A stretch of 56,327 nucleotides of DNA from an uncultured Candidatus Saccharibacteria bacterium (lineage in GTDB: Bacteria; Patescibacteriota; Minisyncoccia; Phycocordibacterales; UBA6899). Every line of letters begins with the position of its first letter. Position 1 is the first letter of the stretch. This document shows, in pieces, positions 1 to 8,910 of the stretch. The translations under genes and the position numbers were made by a program. The stretch is from positions 1-56,327 of the forward strand of contig CAYXYK010000005.1 in NCBI GenBank assembly GCA_964469335.1, written 5' to 3'. Below the pieces are notes generated by a model, which worked only from the letters and a program-made list of their open reading frames with translations, searched no databases and was not told the origin of the DNA.

Positions 1-27
1 CGGATAAGACTTTTCACTCGATCATCA

Positions 28-36
28 TGTTATAAT
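28..36 (+). promoter_or_regulatory. Extended -10 box (TG-T-TATAAT) 6 nt before the htpX ATG; leaderless promoter
   Basis: TATAAT at 31-36, ATG at 43, no SD. Confidence 0.7.
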
Positions 37-42
37 CCTCCC

Positions 43-930
43 ATGGCAACCCTATATACTCACCAGTCCGAGAATGTCACAAAAACCTGGGTGTTCATCA
101 CCGGTTTTCTTGTGCTCATCATCGCGATTGGTTTCGTTTTTGCGCAGGCACTCGGAAATCCCTCGATCCTCTACGGGGCAGTCGTACTCAGTATCATCAT
201 GAATATCGGCAGTTACTGGTATAGCGACAAGCTCGTGCTTTCGATGGTACATGCCCAACCGATCGAGAAAAAAGATAATCCTGAATTGTGGAACATTGTC
301 GAAAATCTCTCGATCACCGCAGGTCTTCCGATGCCAAAACTTTATATCGTCGACGACCCGTCGCCAAATGCATTTGCGACCGGGCGGGACAAGGAACATG
401 CGGCAGTAGCGGTGCATACTGGGATACTGCGGATATTGAACAAGACCGAACTAGAGGGAGTGCTCGCCCATGAACTTTCCCATGTTGGCAATCGCGACAC
501 GCTCATCTCGACCATCGTTGTCGTGCTCGCGGGTATGGTGTCACTTCTCTCACATTGGTTCCTGCGCGCATCATTTTTCGGCGGTCGTGACCGTGAGAAT
601 AGGGCGGGGCTTGCGTTCATGTTGGTGGGTGTCGTCCTTGCTATCCTCGCGCCGATCTTCGCATCACTCATCCAACTCGCTGTTTCTAGAAAGCGTGAGT
701 TCCTTGCCGACGCATCGGGAGCACTGCTGACACGCTATCCCGAAGGACTTGCTTCTGCGCTCGAAAAGATCTCGAGTGCCGCTGTTCCGTCGACGACCGC
801 GACCAACGCGACCTCATCGCTATATTTCTCGAATCCGTTCCGCGTCGGGGTCAACATGTCTGCGCTATTCATGACCCATCCTCCTGTCGAGGAGCGTATT
901 GCCGCACTTCGTGACATGCACCTCTCCTAG
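43..930 (+). CDS. htpX: Zinc metalloprotease HtpX (M48B)
   Basis: Two N-terminal TM helices, DDPSPNAFATGRD, HELSH zinc motif, SRKREFLADASGA and THPPVEERI. Confidence 0.95.
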   Translation: MATLYTHQSENVTKTWVFITGFLVLIIAIGFVFAQALGNPSILYGAVVLSIIMNIGSYWYSDKLVLSMVHAQPIEKKDNPELWNIVENLSITAGLPMPKLYIVDDPSPNAFATGRDKEHAAVAVHTGILRILNKTELEGVLAHELSHVGNRDTLISTIVVVLAGMVSLLSHWFLRASFFGGRDRENRAGLAFMLVGVVLAILAPIFASLIQLAVSRKREFLADASGALLTRYPEGLASALEKISSAAVPSTTATNATSSLYFSNPFRVGVNMSALFMTHPPVEERIAALRDMHLS

Positions 931-947
931 AGGGGGCGGTATACTCA

Positions 948-976
948 TTGACTCGTCGTTTCTCGAGTGGTACACC
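948..976 (+). promoter_or_regulatory. Sigma70-type promoter for the small ORF at 1045
   Basis: TTGACT-17 nt-TACACC, followed by a hairpin at 978-1011 and SD AGGAG. Confidence 0.5.
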
Positions 977-1044
977 TAACATGGTTCCCCTTCAAAGAAG
1001 GGAACCATGTTCTGTTCCAATGTTCTGAAAAAAGGAGAGTGTTG

Positions 1045-1269
1045 ATGGCACAAAGGCAGCAACAACAAGTAGGGCAACTCGAAGCCATGGCCGATCAGCT
1101 GATCGGCGGCACCGGTGCTCCCGCTGGCGATGACTGTTTCTGCATGAAGCAGGTCTCGCTTGCTTCGATTGCAGGGATGGATCCGTCTCGGGTCTGCGAC
1201 TGCGCGGTGATCCGCGATGCACGAGATCCGTTCGACGTGATCTCCTCACACGAAGAAGAAGACGAATAA
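1045..1269 (+). CDS. Hypothetical 74-aa acidic protein with two CxC motifs
   Basis: SD AAAGGAG 4-8 nt before ATG 1045; own promoter and terminator. Confidence 0.6.
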   Translation: MAQRQQQQVGQLEAMADQLIGGTGAPAGDDCFCMKQVSLASIAGMDPSRVCDCAVIRDARDPFDVISSHEEEDE

Positions 1270-1337
1270 CGCCGCCGAGCATCCTCGGTAGTACTTTCCA
1301 CTCCGATTAGGCTCACAATGCCTCCTCGAAGAACGAC

Positions 1338-1365
1338 AAAGGCAGCTTACCCGGCTGCCTTTTTT
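1338..1365 (+). terminator. Intrinsic terminator
   Basis: AAAGGCAGC-ttacccg-GCTGCCTTT followed by a T tract. Confidence 0.8.
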
Positions 1366-1525
1366 GCTTCCCGCAGTATGTTATACTTTTTCCATCCAAG
1401 CGAAATGAATCCCGTTAGAAATATTCCTGTGAACATGATGAAATATCAATCTCGTTTGAATTTCTTGAAGCATATAAAATTACAAGATAGTCTCGGAAGT
1501 CTTTCGACTTCCTATTTCTAATGGG

Positions 1526-2380
1526 ATGAAAGATTTCATCGAGCACGTCCAGAAGAGTATCTATAGTCCAGAGTATTATCGCGCCATCACTGTGCGTCCG
1601 ACTTCGTATTCTTGGAAATATTACGGCAGTCTCGCACTGTTTCTTGCGGTCCTTATGACCATCGTCACCTCGCTCCCGCTCATACCACGTCTCAACACTT
1701 TTCTTGAGCGACTTCCTGAACAGGTGGCGGCATATTTCCCCGAGGAGCTCCGTGTCGACATCAGTGACGGAAGGGTCACCACCAATGTCACCGAACCGTA
1801 TTTCATCGATTTTCCCGGCAGTCCTTCACTTCAGGCGACGAGCTCTCCACTCTTGCGGCTTGCGGTGGTCGACACGAAAGCCGATATCACGCTCGATCAG
1901 TTCCGCGCGTACAACGTCGCATTCTGGCTATCTCGCGATTCAGCGATCGCACTCGACGGTGAAGAGAAACTTCGCATTGCTCCGCTCAAGGGGCTCACCG
2001 CCGTGATCGATGCCCAACACATCCGTGCGGCGATGAACGAATTACGCCCGTACTTCGTGGTGCTGACCCCGCTTCTGGTCATTCTCATATTCCTCGGCAT
2101 GTTACTTTCTTTTGTAGCCATGCTCGGTTATCTCTTGTTCGATGCGCTGCTTGTGTTCTTGTTAGGGAAGGTCATGAAGTATTCCTGGTCATATAGTGAC
2201 GCATATCACATCTCACTCCATGCAGTAACGCTCCCAGTTCTACTGAGCAGTGTATTCTACCTGCTTCCGGTCTCGGGGTTACAGTTGCCGTTCTTTTCTA
2301 CCATTCTTCTGCTTCTGGTTGTGTATGTGAATTTCAGGGGAGATACTCCAGCCCTGCCTGAGCTGAACAAAGAGGGGTAA
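1526..2380 (+). CDS. DUF1189-like membrane protein
   Basis: N-terminal TM, extracellular domain and three C-terminal TMs; SIYSPEYY and ALHAVTLP patterns. Confidence 0.7.
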   Translation: MKDFIEHVQKSIYSPEYYRAITVRPTSYSWKYYGSLALFLAVLMTIVTSLPLIPRLNTFLERLPEQVAAYFPEELRVDISDGRVTTNVTEPYFIDFPGSPSLQATSSPLLRLAVVDTKADITLDQFRAYNVAFWLSRDSAIALDGEEKLRIAPLKGLTAVIDAQHIRAAMNELRPYFVVLTPLLVILIFLGMLLSFVAMLGYLLFDALLVFLLGKVMKYSWSYSDAYHISLHAVTLPVLLSSVFYLLPVSGLQLPFFSTILLLLVVYVNFRGDTPALPELNKEG

Positions 2381-2397
2381 GAAAGTGGAGGTGATTC

Positions 2398-2482
2398 GGT
2401 CACGAGTCACTAATTCGCACTGCTCATAAGTGCTCGCGACCCCGACTCGGCACCTCGCAAAGCCTCGGTAGTGCCTCCGTCT
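2398..2482 (-). repeat. Structured repeat (GGTCGC...GTGACC family), copy downstream of tRNA-Ser
   Basis: Minus strand AGACGGAG...GAGTCGGGGTCGCGAGCACTTA...TAGTGACTCGTGACC, similar to copies at 22885, 45851, 48203 and 50252. Confidence 0.75.
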
Positions 2483-2549
2483 TTCGAATCTCTCCTCCTC
2501 ATCGTAATGGCAAATCAAAAAGACGCCTTCGCGTCCTTTTGAGCCATTG

Positions 2550-2636
2550 CGGAGGAGGAGAGATTCGAACTCTCGATGCCCTTTCGGACATGCCACCTTT
2601 CCAAGGTGGTGGAATAAACCGCTATCCGACTCCTCC
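2550..2636 (-). tRNA. tRNA-Ser(GGA)
   Basis: GGAGGAG acceptor, anticodon arm CCACC-TTGGAAA-GGTGG, long variable arm, GTTCGAATC T-loop, G discriminator, no encoded CCA. Confidence 0.97.
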
Positions 2637-2735
2637 GTGCTTCGAAAATATACCAAATAATGCCGTAAATGCACAGGTTTCCAAAAGGTGCGTATCTTTG
2701 TGTACTTTACTTCACATTCTTCTATAATGGATTCC

Positions 2736-3947
2736 ATGTCTATATTCGCTTCTGTCGGTCATGCGGCGGGCGGGAACCCCGCAGCAGTCGGAGCCGACGC
2801 ATATCAAAATGCCCTAAAGGGGCTGGGTGACCAAAGGCCCACACTCGCATTCGTGTTCTCGTCGGTCGCGTACGAGCAAGAAACCATGCTCAAAGGGGTG
2901 CAGTCTGTCGCAGGCTCAGTCCCGATCGTCGGTTGTTCGACTGCCGGAGAGATTGTCACAGACGGTCCACTTGAGACCTCGTCAGTCGCCATCATGCTCC
3001 TCGCTGCTACTCCGGAATCACTCACCGCAACGATCGGTATCGGGAACAATGCCAAAAATGACGAACGAAAGGCAGGGCAGAGTGCTGCACAGGAGGTTGT
3101 GAATCTTGTCGGAGGCAAAGAGAAGTTACGCGGCTTCATTATGCTTGCGGATGGTCTCGCGGGAAACGGTGCTGAGATCGTGCGTGGTGTACTCGACGTG
3201 CTTGGTGATCATTTTCCGGTCGTCGGTGGCTCTGCCGGTGACGATTTCAAATTCAAACAGACCTATCAGTACGGCAAGGGTTCCGTGCATACCGGTGATG
3301 TCGTCGGAGTGGGCCTTTCCGGTGACTTCGCATTCGGTATCGGCGTGAAGCATGGATGGGGAGTTCTCGGTGTCCCTTCCCGTGTCACCAGATCGAACGG
3401 GCACATCGTTCATGAGATCGACGGCAAGCCGGCAATGCAGCTTTACGAGAAATACTTCGGAGATCGCGCAAAGTCGATCAAAGAAGAGGTACTTGCGACA
3501 CTCGCCGTGTCATACCCGCTTGGAGTGAAAACCCCGGGCAGCGAAGAAGATTATCTCATTCGTGATCCGATGTTTGTCGACGAGAATGGTTCGATCACCT
3601 GCGCAGCTGAGATACCAGAAGGCTCAGAGGTTCGTATCATGATGGGGACGCGCGAAAGTGCGATCACCATGGCTACTCAGGCTGCCGAAAATGCCCGCAT
3701 TCAGCTCGGCGGGAAAACCCCGAAAGCGATACTGATCTTCAACTGCATCGCTCGCAAGAAACTGCTTGGCATGCGCGGAGGAGAGGAGATCGACGCGATC
3801 CGCAGCATCCTCGGACGCGACGTCCCCCTCATCGGTTTCTATACATATGGTGAACAGGCTCCTATCAACGGAGAGAGCCGCAACATCGAACGCTGCAATA
3901 CGGTGTTTCATAACGAGACTGTTGTCATCTACGTCATCGCAGAATAG
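2736..3947 (+). CDS. FIST N/C domain signal-transduction protein
   Basis: VGCSTAGEI, VVGGSAGDD, FNCIAR and IGFYTYGEQ motifs; start chosen 7 nt after TATAAT (2723-2728), alternative ATG at 2727. Confidence 0.9.
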   Translation: MSIFASVGHAAGGNPAAVGADAYQNALKGLGDQRPTLAFVFSSVAYEQETMLKGVQSVAGSVPIVGCSTAGEIVTDGPLETSSVAIMLLAATPESLTATIGIGNNAKNDERKAGQSAAQEVVNLVGGKEKLRGFIMLADGLAGNGAEIVRGVLDVLGDHFPVVGGSAGDDFKFKQTYQYGKGSVHTGDVVGVGLSGDFAFGIGVKHGWGVLGVPSRVTRSNGHIVHEIDGKPAMQLYEKYFGDRAKSIKEEVLATLAVSYPLGVKTPGSEEDYLIRDPMFVDENGSITCAAEIPEGSEVRIMMGTRESAITMATQAAENARIQLGGKTPKAILIFNCIARKKLLGMRGGEEIDAIRSILGRDVPLIGFYTYGEQAPINGESRNIERCNTVFHNETVVIYVIAE

Positions 3948-3992
3948 GTCGTCAAGCTTTTTCCTGGACCTCGCTATTGATATACTACGCGA

Positions 3993-4475
3993 ATGCTCTA
4001 CTTCGACGGCATCACCACTCCGCTCGGCAGACTCCATATTGTCGTATCCGACGAGGCGATCGTCCGTATCTACTTTCCTGGGGAAAAATGGACCGAGCGA
4101 TACGAGCGTACTCCGAAGCATGAACTCATCGTGCTCGCGAAGACACAGCTCGCGGAATACTTCGCCGGCGAACGCCGCAAGTTCGATCTTCCGCTCCTCT
4201 TGCAGGGTTCTGAGTTCCAGATCAAAGTGTGGAAGACCATTGCAAAGATCCCATACGGCAAGACCATTACCTATGCCGACGAAGCGAAGAAAATGAGGAA
4301 GCCTGACGCGGTCCGCGCAGTCGGAACCGCGAACGGCAAGAACCCGATTCCGATTATCATCCCATGTCACCGCATCATCCCGAAGGGTGGGGGACTCGGC
4401 GGTTACTCGGGTGGTGTCAGCCGCAAGAAACTCCTCCTCAAACTCGAGCAGCATTATTTGGGGATAAAAAAGTAG
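3993..4475 (+). CDS. ogt: Methylated-DNA--protein-cysteine methyltransferase
   Basis: GSEFQ..VW, IPYGKTITY, RAVGTANGKNP and the PCHR active site. Confidence 0.95.
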   Translation: MLYFDGITTPLGRLHIVVSDEAIVRIYFPGEKWTERYERTPKHELIVLAKTQLAEYFAGERRKFDLPLLLQGSEFQIKVWKTIAKIPYGKTITYADEAKKMRKPDAVRAVGTANGKNPIPIIIPCHRIIPKGGGLGGYSGGVSRKKLLLKLEQHYLGIKK

Positions 4476-4495
4476 TTTTAGATTTTATCTAGCAG

Positions 4496-4521
4496 AAAAC
4501 AGCTCTGTTGAGCAGTTTTTT
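4496..4521 (+). terminator. Terminator after ogt
   Basis: AAAAC-AGCTC-tgtt-GAGC-A-GTTTTTT imperfect hairpin with T tract. Confidence 0.55.
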
Positions 4522-4535
4522 ATTACTCCATAATA

Positions 4536-4564
4536 TTGACAAGTTGGCCATTATGTACTAGTAT
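4536..4564 (+). promoter_or_regulatory. Sigma70 promoter of the three-gene accessory operon
   Basis: TTGACA-17 nt-TAGTAT. Confidence 0.75.
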
Positions 4565-4677
4565 GCCTGCCGGTAGCTCATCACATCTTGTGAAAGGAAA
4601 AACGTAAGTAACGTGAAGTGAATAATGAGTTTTCTCTGGTCCGCAACGGGTATTATGCCCAGAAAGGAAGAACGCAG

Positions 4678-5583
4678 ATGGATACGACTCTCAAACTGCG
4701 AGGACAGACCCCTGTCTTCGAGATCAAGGGCGACGTCGCTCGGCCACTCGTGCCGATCGAATCACCCGAGGGCGCTGCGAAGTGGTACGAGACTGCCAAT
4801 CGCTCGATCACTGAATCGGCGAAGCAGGAACTCGACAACATCCGCAAGCAGGCGAGCGTGCGGGCCATGCTCATGGCCATCGCGACCGCTTTCGGCGGAC
4901 TCGTCGCGCTCTACCTCGCATGGCAGATCGCAACCGCGGTCGTCGGGCTCGGCATCGCCGCGCTCGGTGCCCTCGGACTGACCTGGCTCTACTTCAAGAA
5001 GGACTCGCTCCTCCTGAAGTGGCGGATCGAACGCGAAGTGGGCATCATCAAGCTCGCTGCGCTGCGTGACCGACTGGTCCTCGCAGCCAAGCAAGAAGCG
5101 CTCGAGCAGCTGAAGGCGCAGGCGGCCAAGAATCCGATTGCGACCCGACAACTGCAGGCAGAACAGCAGCGAGGCATCATCCAGCGCGCGCTCCAACGTT
5201 CGGCCAGCCTCAAGGGCAAGACCGAACGCGCTGCCGTGGCGCTCGAAGCGTACAAGGGCAAGTTTCCGGGACGTCCTCAGCCGACGATGGAACAAGAGGT
5301 CGCGTTCTATCGCGAACAGCACGACAAGATCGTGCGACTCGTGAATCAAGCCAGTGAAGACCTCAACGCCTTCGCCGCCGAGACCGAGCTGATGGAAACA
5401 CAGCTCGCGATGGCAGCGGAGGGCAAGGCCTTGGCCGAGTTCCTCGGTGCCTCCGGCGCCAACGAAGAACGCGACCGCATCCTGCGCAACTTCGCGACCT
5501 CGCAGGCAGTGACACAGTCGCAGCAGAGCATTGCCTTGCTGCAGAACGCCCTCTCGACCGACAACGTGTCGGGGAAGTTCTAA
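4678..5583 (+). CDS. Hypothetical membrane-anchored coiled-coil protein
   Basis: SD AAAGGAAG before ATG 4678, two adjacent TM helices, long Ala/Gln/Glu-rich helical C-terminal part; upstream GTG at 4618 possible. Confidence 0.75.
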   Translation: MDTTLKLRGQTPVFEIKGDVARPLVPIESPEGAAKWYETANRSITESAKQELDNIRKQASVRAMLMAIATAFGGLVALYLAWQIATAVVGLGIAALGALGLTWLYFKKDSLLLKWRIEREVGIIKLAALRDRLVLAAKQEALEQLKAQAAKNPIATRQLQAEQQRGIIQRALQRSASLKGKTERAAVALEAYKGKFPGRPQPTMEQEVAFYREQHDKIVRLVNQASEDLNAFAAETELMETQLAMAAEGKALAEFLGASGANEERDRILRNFATSQAVTQSQQSIALLQNALSTDNVSGKF

Positions 5584-5601
5584 CCCAAAGGAGAAGCACA
5601 C

Positions 5602-5874
5602 ATGAACGAAAGTCTCGGGGCTTCGAACGCCTCGTCCGTCCCTCCGGTTGCCGAGAGCCTCTCGGTGGAGCAGGGTGCGCAAGCATCCGAAGTCCGCACC
5701 AAGTGGATCATCGGCGCCGTCTTGGCAGCCCTCCTCATCGGCGGCGTGCTCGTCTTCATCCGAAGCAGCAACACTCCTGTCGAGGAAGTGCCCACCAGCA
5801 CTCAGGTCATCCCCGCTCAACCCGCGATCCCCCAACCCGCGTCCGTGCCCAAGGGCAAGGACTTCGGCTTCTGA
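5602..5874 (+). CDS. Hypothetical single-TM protein with Pro-rich tail
   Basis: SD AAAGGAG, TM WIIGAVLAALLIGGVLVFI. Confidence 0.7.
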   Translation: MNESLGASNASSVPPVAESLSVEQGAQASEVRTKWIIGAVLAALLIGGVLVFIRSSNTPVEEVPTSTQVIPAQPAIPQPASVPKGKDFGF

Positions 5875-5900
5875 TCTTCCACCCACGAAAGGAAACCCCC

Positions 5901-6962
5901 ATGAAGAAACTCACACTCTCCGTTCTCTGCATCGCCGCAAACCTCGCGATGATCGCCTCCGCCAGCGCCGCCGTCGCAGAGCCGGAACCGCCAGCGCCGC
6001 CGCCCGCAGCATGCGACATCACCTTCGCCACCGGCCCCACAGGTAAGGGCTACTCGAAGATGTACGCCAACCTCAAGGCGATGTGCCCGCAGATCCCGAT
6101 GTGCGAGAAGCCCACCGAGGGTGCGCTCGACAACTTCGGCCAGCTGAACTCCAAAGAAGCTGACATCGCGCTCGGCGACGTGTTCACTCTCCAGTCCCTG
6201 ATCCAGGGCGGCGGCGAGCAGTACAAGTCGCTCCAGGTGGTCGCGAGCCTGCACAGCAACATGCTGCACGCGGTCACGCTCTCTGGGGGCATCACGATTC
6301 CCGGCCCGATGGTGGCAGGCGAGAAGGTGAAGAATCCGAAGTACTCCAAGTACAACCCGCTCAACAAGGAACCCGAACTCATCGATGGGCCGCAGGTCCC
6401 TGGACCCGCGATCACGATCGAGATCAACAAGTTCTCTGACCTCAAGGGCAAGCCGGTGGGTGTCGTCGGTTCGGCGCAGCTGATCGGGCGCAAGCTCGAC
6501 AAGATCGCCGGGCACGGCATGCAGTTCATCGACTACGACAAGGACAGCGATGCGTTCACCGCCCTCAAGGCCGGCAAGGTCTACGGGGTACTGACGGTCG
6601 CGGCCTGGCCGCACGGCTCACTCAAGGATCTCAAGCAGAGCTCCGGCCTGCGTCTCGTGAGCTACGACCTCGCACCGACGCCGCCGATGTTCGTCACGAA
6701 GCGCGACTACAAGGGGCTCGGCCAGTACAACATCGACCTGCTCGCGGTCCCGAACGCGCTCTTCACTCGGCCGTTCACTGTCGGCGGCGAGAACGCCAAG
6801 CTGATTGCCGCGGTCAAGAGCTGCATCACGACCAACCTCGGCAAGTTCAAGGACGGCAAGTACGAGCCGGCGTGGAACGAGGTCAGTGACCTGAGCCAGA
6901 CCTACAGCCTGCCCGCGTTCGTCGGCACCGGCGGCGCCTCGGCCAAGCCGGTCAAGAAGTAA
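5901..6962 (+). CDS. TAXI-family TRAP-type solute-binding-protein-like secreted protein
   Basis: SD AAAGGA, signal peptide MKKLTLSVLC..., ATGPTGKGYS, GALDN..L..EADIAL, SDLKGKPVGV and TV..WPHG motifs; Pro-rich insert. Confidence 0.7.
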   Translation: MKKLTLSVLCIAANLAMIASASAAVAEPEPPAPPPAACDITFATGPTGKGYSKMYANLKAMCPQIPMCEKPTEGALDNFGQLNSKEADIALGDVFTLQSLIQGGGEQYKSLQVVASLHSNMLHAVTLSGGITIPGPMVAGEKVKNPKYSKYNPLNKEPELIDGPQVPGPAITIEINKFSDLKGKPVGVVGSAQLIGRKLDKIAGHGMQFIDYDKDSDAFTALKAGKVYGVLTVAAWPHGSLKDLKQSSGLRLVSYDLAPTPPMFVTKRDYKGLGQYNIDLLAVPNALFTRPFTVGGENAKLIAAVKSCITTNLGKFKDGKYEPAWNEVSDLSQTYSLPAFVGTGGASAKPVKK

Positions 6963-6987
6963 GCCTTTCACAAGAAGCACATTCCGC

Positions 6988-7025
6988 GAGCGCCAACCCC
7001 ACAAGGGCTGGCGCTCTTTTCTTTT
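6988..7025 (+). terminator. Intrinsic terminator closing the accessory operon
   Basis: GAGCGCCA...TGGCGCTC followed by TTTTCTTTT. Confidence 0.8.
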
Positions 7026-7076
7026 CCGGCGGGAACGGAACATGCGAGCCTCACGCGAATGCTTTATAATGTAGCC

Positions 7077-7490
7077 ATGCTTTCAATATCAAAGATCATC
7101 ATTCTCTATTTACTCACCATTCCGGTCTTCCTCGCCATCGATATGGCCTGGCTCGTGCTGGTCGCCCGCGGTTTCTATAAACAGCAGATGGGGAACCTCC
7201 TACGCACCGATGTCATCTGGTGGGCGGCGATCCTGTTCTACCTGCTCTTCATCGTCGGTATTCTCTATTTCGCGGTCTTGCCTGCGTATGCGACAGGGGA
7301 TTGGACTCGCGCACTTATCCTCGGTGCATTGTTCGGGTTCTTCACGTATATGACCTACGACCTCACCAACTACTCGACTACTCGCGATTGGCCGCTCCTC
7401 CTTGCTGTTGTCGACACGCTCTGGGGTACAGTACTCTCCGCGTCGGTCGCAACTGCGAGTTTCTTCATCGCCGGTAAACTTTTCTCATGA
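7077..7490 (+). CDS. DUF2177 family membrane protein
   Basis: IDMAWL, FY..QMG.LL, GALFGFFTYMTYDLTN and VVDTLWG motifs; ATG 6 nt after TATAAT. Confidence 0.9.
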   Translation: MLSISKIIILYLLTIPVFLAIDMAWLVLVARGFYKQQMGNLLRTDVIWWAAILFYLLFIVGILYFAVLPAYATGDWTRALILGALFGFFTYMTYDLTNYSTTRDWPLLLAVVDTLWGTVLSASVATASFFIAGKLFS

Positions 7491-8302
7491 ACGAGTCGCT
7501 TTTCATTCTGCTCTCCGTTCTTCCGTACGGCATCGCGATCGTGTTCGCGATAGGGCTGATAGGGTTCCTGCTCTCATTGTGGAGAAAGAACAACGGCATT
7601 GCTGATGTGCTTTATGGATGGCACTTCATCACGCTCGCAGTCGTTGCGGAACTCGTTTCATTCTCTCTCGCTTCATTCTTCGGAGGTAACCCCGCGTACT
7701 CGCTCACACTTACCGCACTGGTCTTATGTTGGGGGCTCCGACTTTCATGGCGCATTTATCGTAAGAATAAGGGGAAGCCAGAGGACTTCCGTTATGCAGC
7801 CTGGAGAGCATCATGGAAATGGTTCAAGACCAGAAGTCTCTTCCAGATCTACCTCTTGCAAGGTCTGATCGCACTTGTGATCGCCATGCCGGTCGCGCTT
7901 ACTATCATGCTTACGCCGGTGAAGATGAATCTCCCCCTGGGTCTGGGTATCGTCATCTGGCTGGTCGGATTCACGTTCGAAGCGATCGGAGACATGCAGC
8001 TCGATCGATTTATCAAAGACCCGACAAACAAAGGAAAGTTGATGAAGTCCGGACTTTGGAGTTATTCCCGCCACCCCAACTATTTCGGTGAATCTCTCGC
8101 ATGGTGGGGACTTTGGGTCGCTTCGCTCGGGGTTGCGGGAGAGATCTGGTATCTCACGCTCCTTAGCCCGCTGCTCATCACCTTCCTTCTGCTGAAGGTT
8201 TCGGGCGTACCACTCCTCGAGGCAAGGATGAGTCAGCACCCTGACTGGGCAGAGTATGTCAAAAAGACCCCCGTCCTCATCCCTCGGTTTCCGAGGAAAT
8301 AG
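7487..8302 (+). CDS. DUF1295 family (steroid 5-alpha reductase-like) membrane protein
   Basis: WGLRL, EDFRY, FEAIGD.QL and GLWSYSRHPNYFGE motifs. Confidence 0.9.
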   Translation: MNESLFILLSVLPYGIAIVFAIGLIGFLLSLWRKNNGIADVLYGWHFITLAVVAELVSFSLASFFGGNPAYSLTLTALVLCWGLRLSWRIYRKNKGKPEDFRYAAWRASWKWFKTRSLFQIYLLQGLIALVIAMPVALTIMLTPVKMNLPLGLGIVIWLVGFTFEAIGDMQLDRFIKDPTNKGKLMKSGLWSYSRHPNYFGESLAWWGLWVASLGVAGEIWYLTLLSPLLITFLLLKVSGVPLLEARMSQHPDWAEYVKKTPVLIPRFPRK

Positions 8303-8385
8303 GGAGGTACCTCCCGGATACTAGCCGCATAGCTGCACAATCCTGTATCATAGAGACTCAATAATTCATTCATCATCGAACCTAT

Positions 8386-8907
8386 ATGGAAAATCCTTAC
8401 TACACGTTCACCGTCCCAGTATTCATCAGCACACTCACCAATCTCAAGGCTATTCTTGCCAAGGGTGCCACATTCGCAAAAGAGAAAGGAATGGACGAAG
8501 CAGCACTCCTTGATGCGAAACTCGCCGACGACATGTATCCACTGATCAAACAGGTGCAGATCGCTGCGGACAATGCAAAGGGCGCTGCCGCACGACTTTC
8601 AGGAAAAGAGAATCCGAAACACGAAGACAACGAGAAGACCCTCGACGAACTCTATGCGCGCATCGACAAGACCATCGCATTCTTGCAGGAATTCACCCCG
8701 GAGGATTTCGAGGGTGCGAGTGAGCGTAAGGTCACACTCCCGTGGATGCCGGAGGGGACATACTTCGAAGCGCCTGATTACATGCACAACTTCGTGCTTG
8801 CGAACTTCTATTTCCATTACACCACCGCATACGACATCCTCCGCAGTCTTGGTGTCGTCATCGGCAAAACGGACTTCATTGGGAACATCCCGATGAAGCA
8901 GTCATAG
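8386..8907 (+). CDS. DUF1993 family protein
   Basis: LADDMYPL..QVQIA.D.AKG.AARL and NFYFHYTTAYDILR..GV.IGK.DF motifs. Confidence 0.9.
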   Translation: MENPYYTFTVPVFISTLTNLKAILAKGATFAKEKGMDEAALLDAKLADDMYPLIKQVQIAADNAKGAAARLSGKENPKHEDNEKTLDELYARIDKTIAFLQEFTPEDFEGASERKVTLPWMPEGTYFEAPDYMHNFVLANFYFHYTTAYDILRSLGVVIGKTDFIGNIPMKQS

Positions 8908-8910
8908 TCT

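Noticed and set aside
4762-6614. Long minus-strand ORFs 4762..5886 and 5817..6614
   Set aside because: Antisense shadows of GC3-rich plus-strand genes, with no SD, motifs or expression signals.
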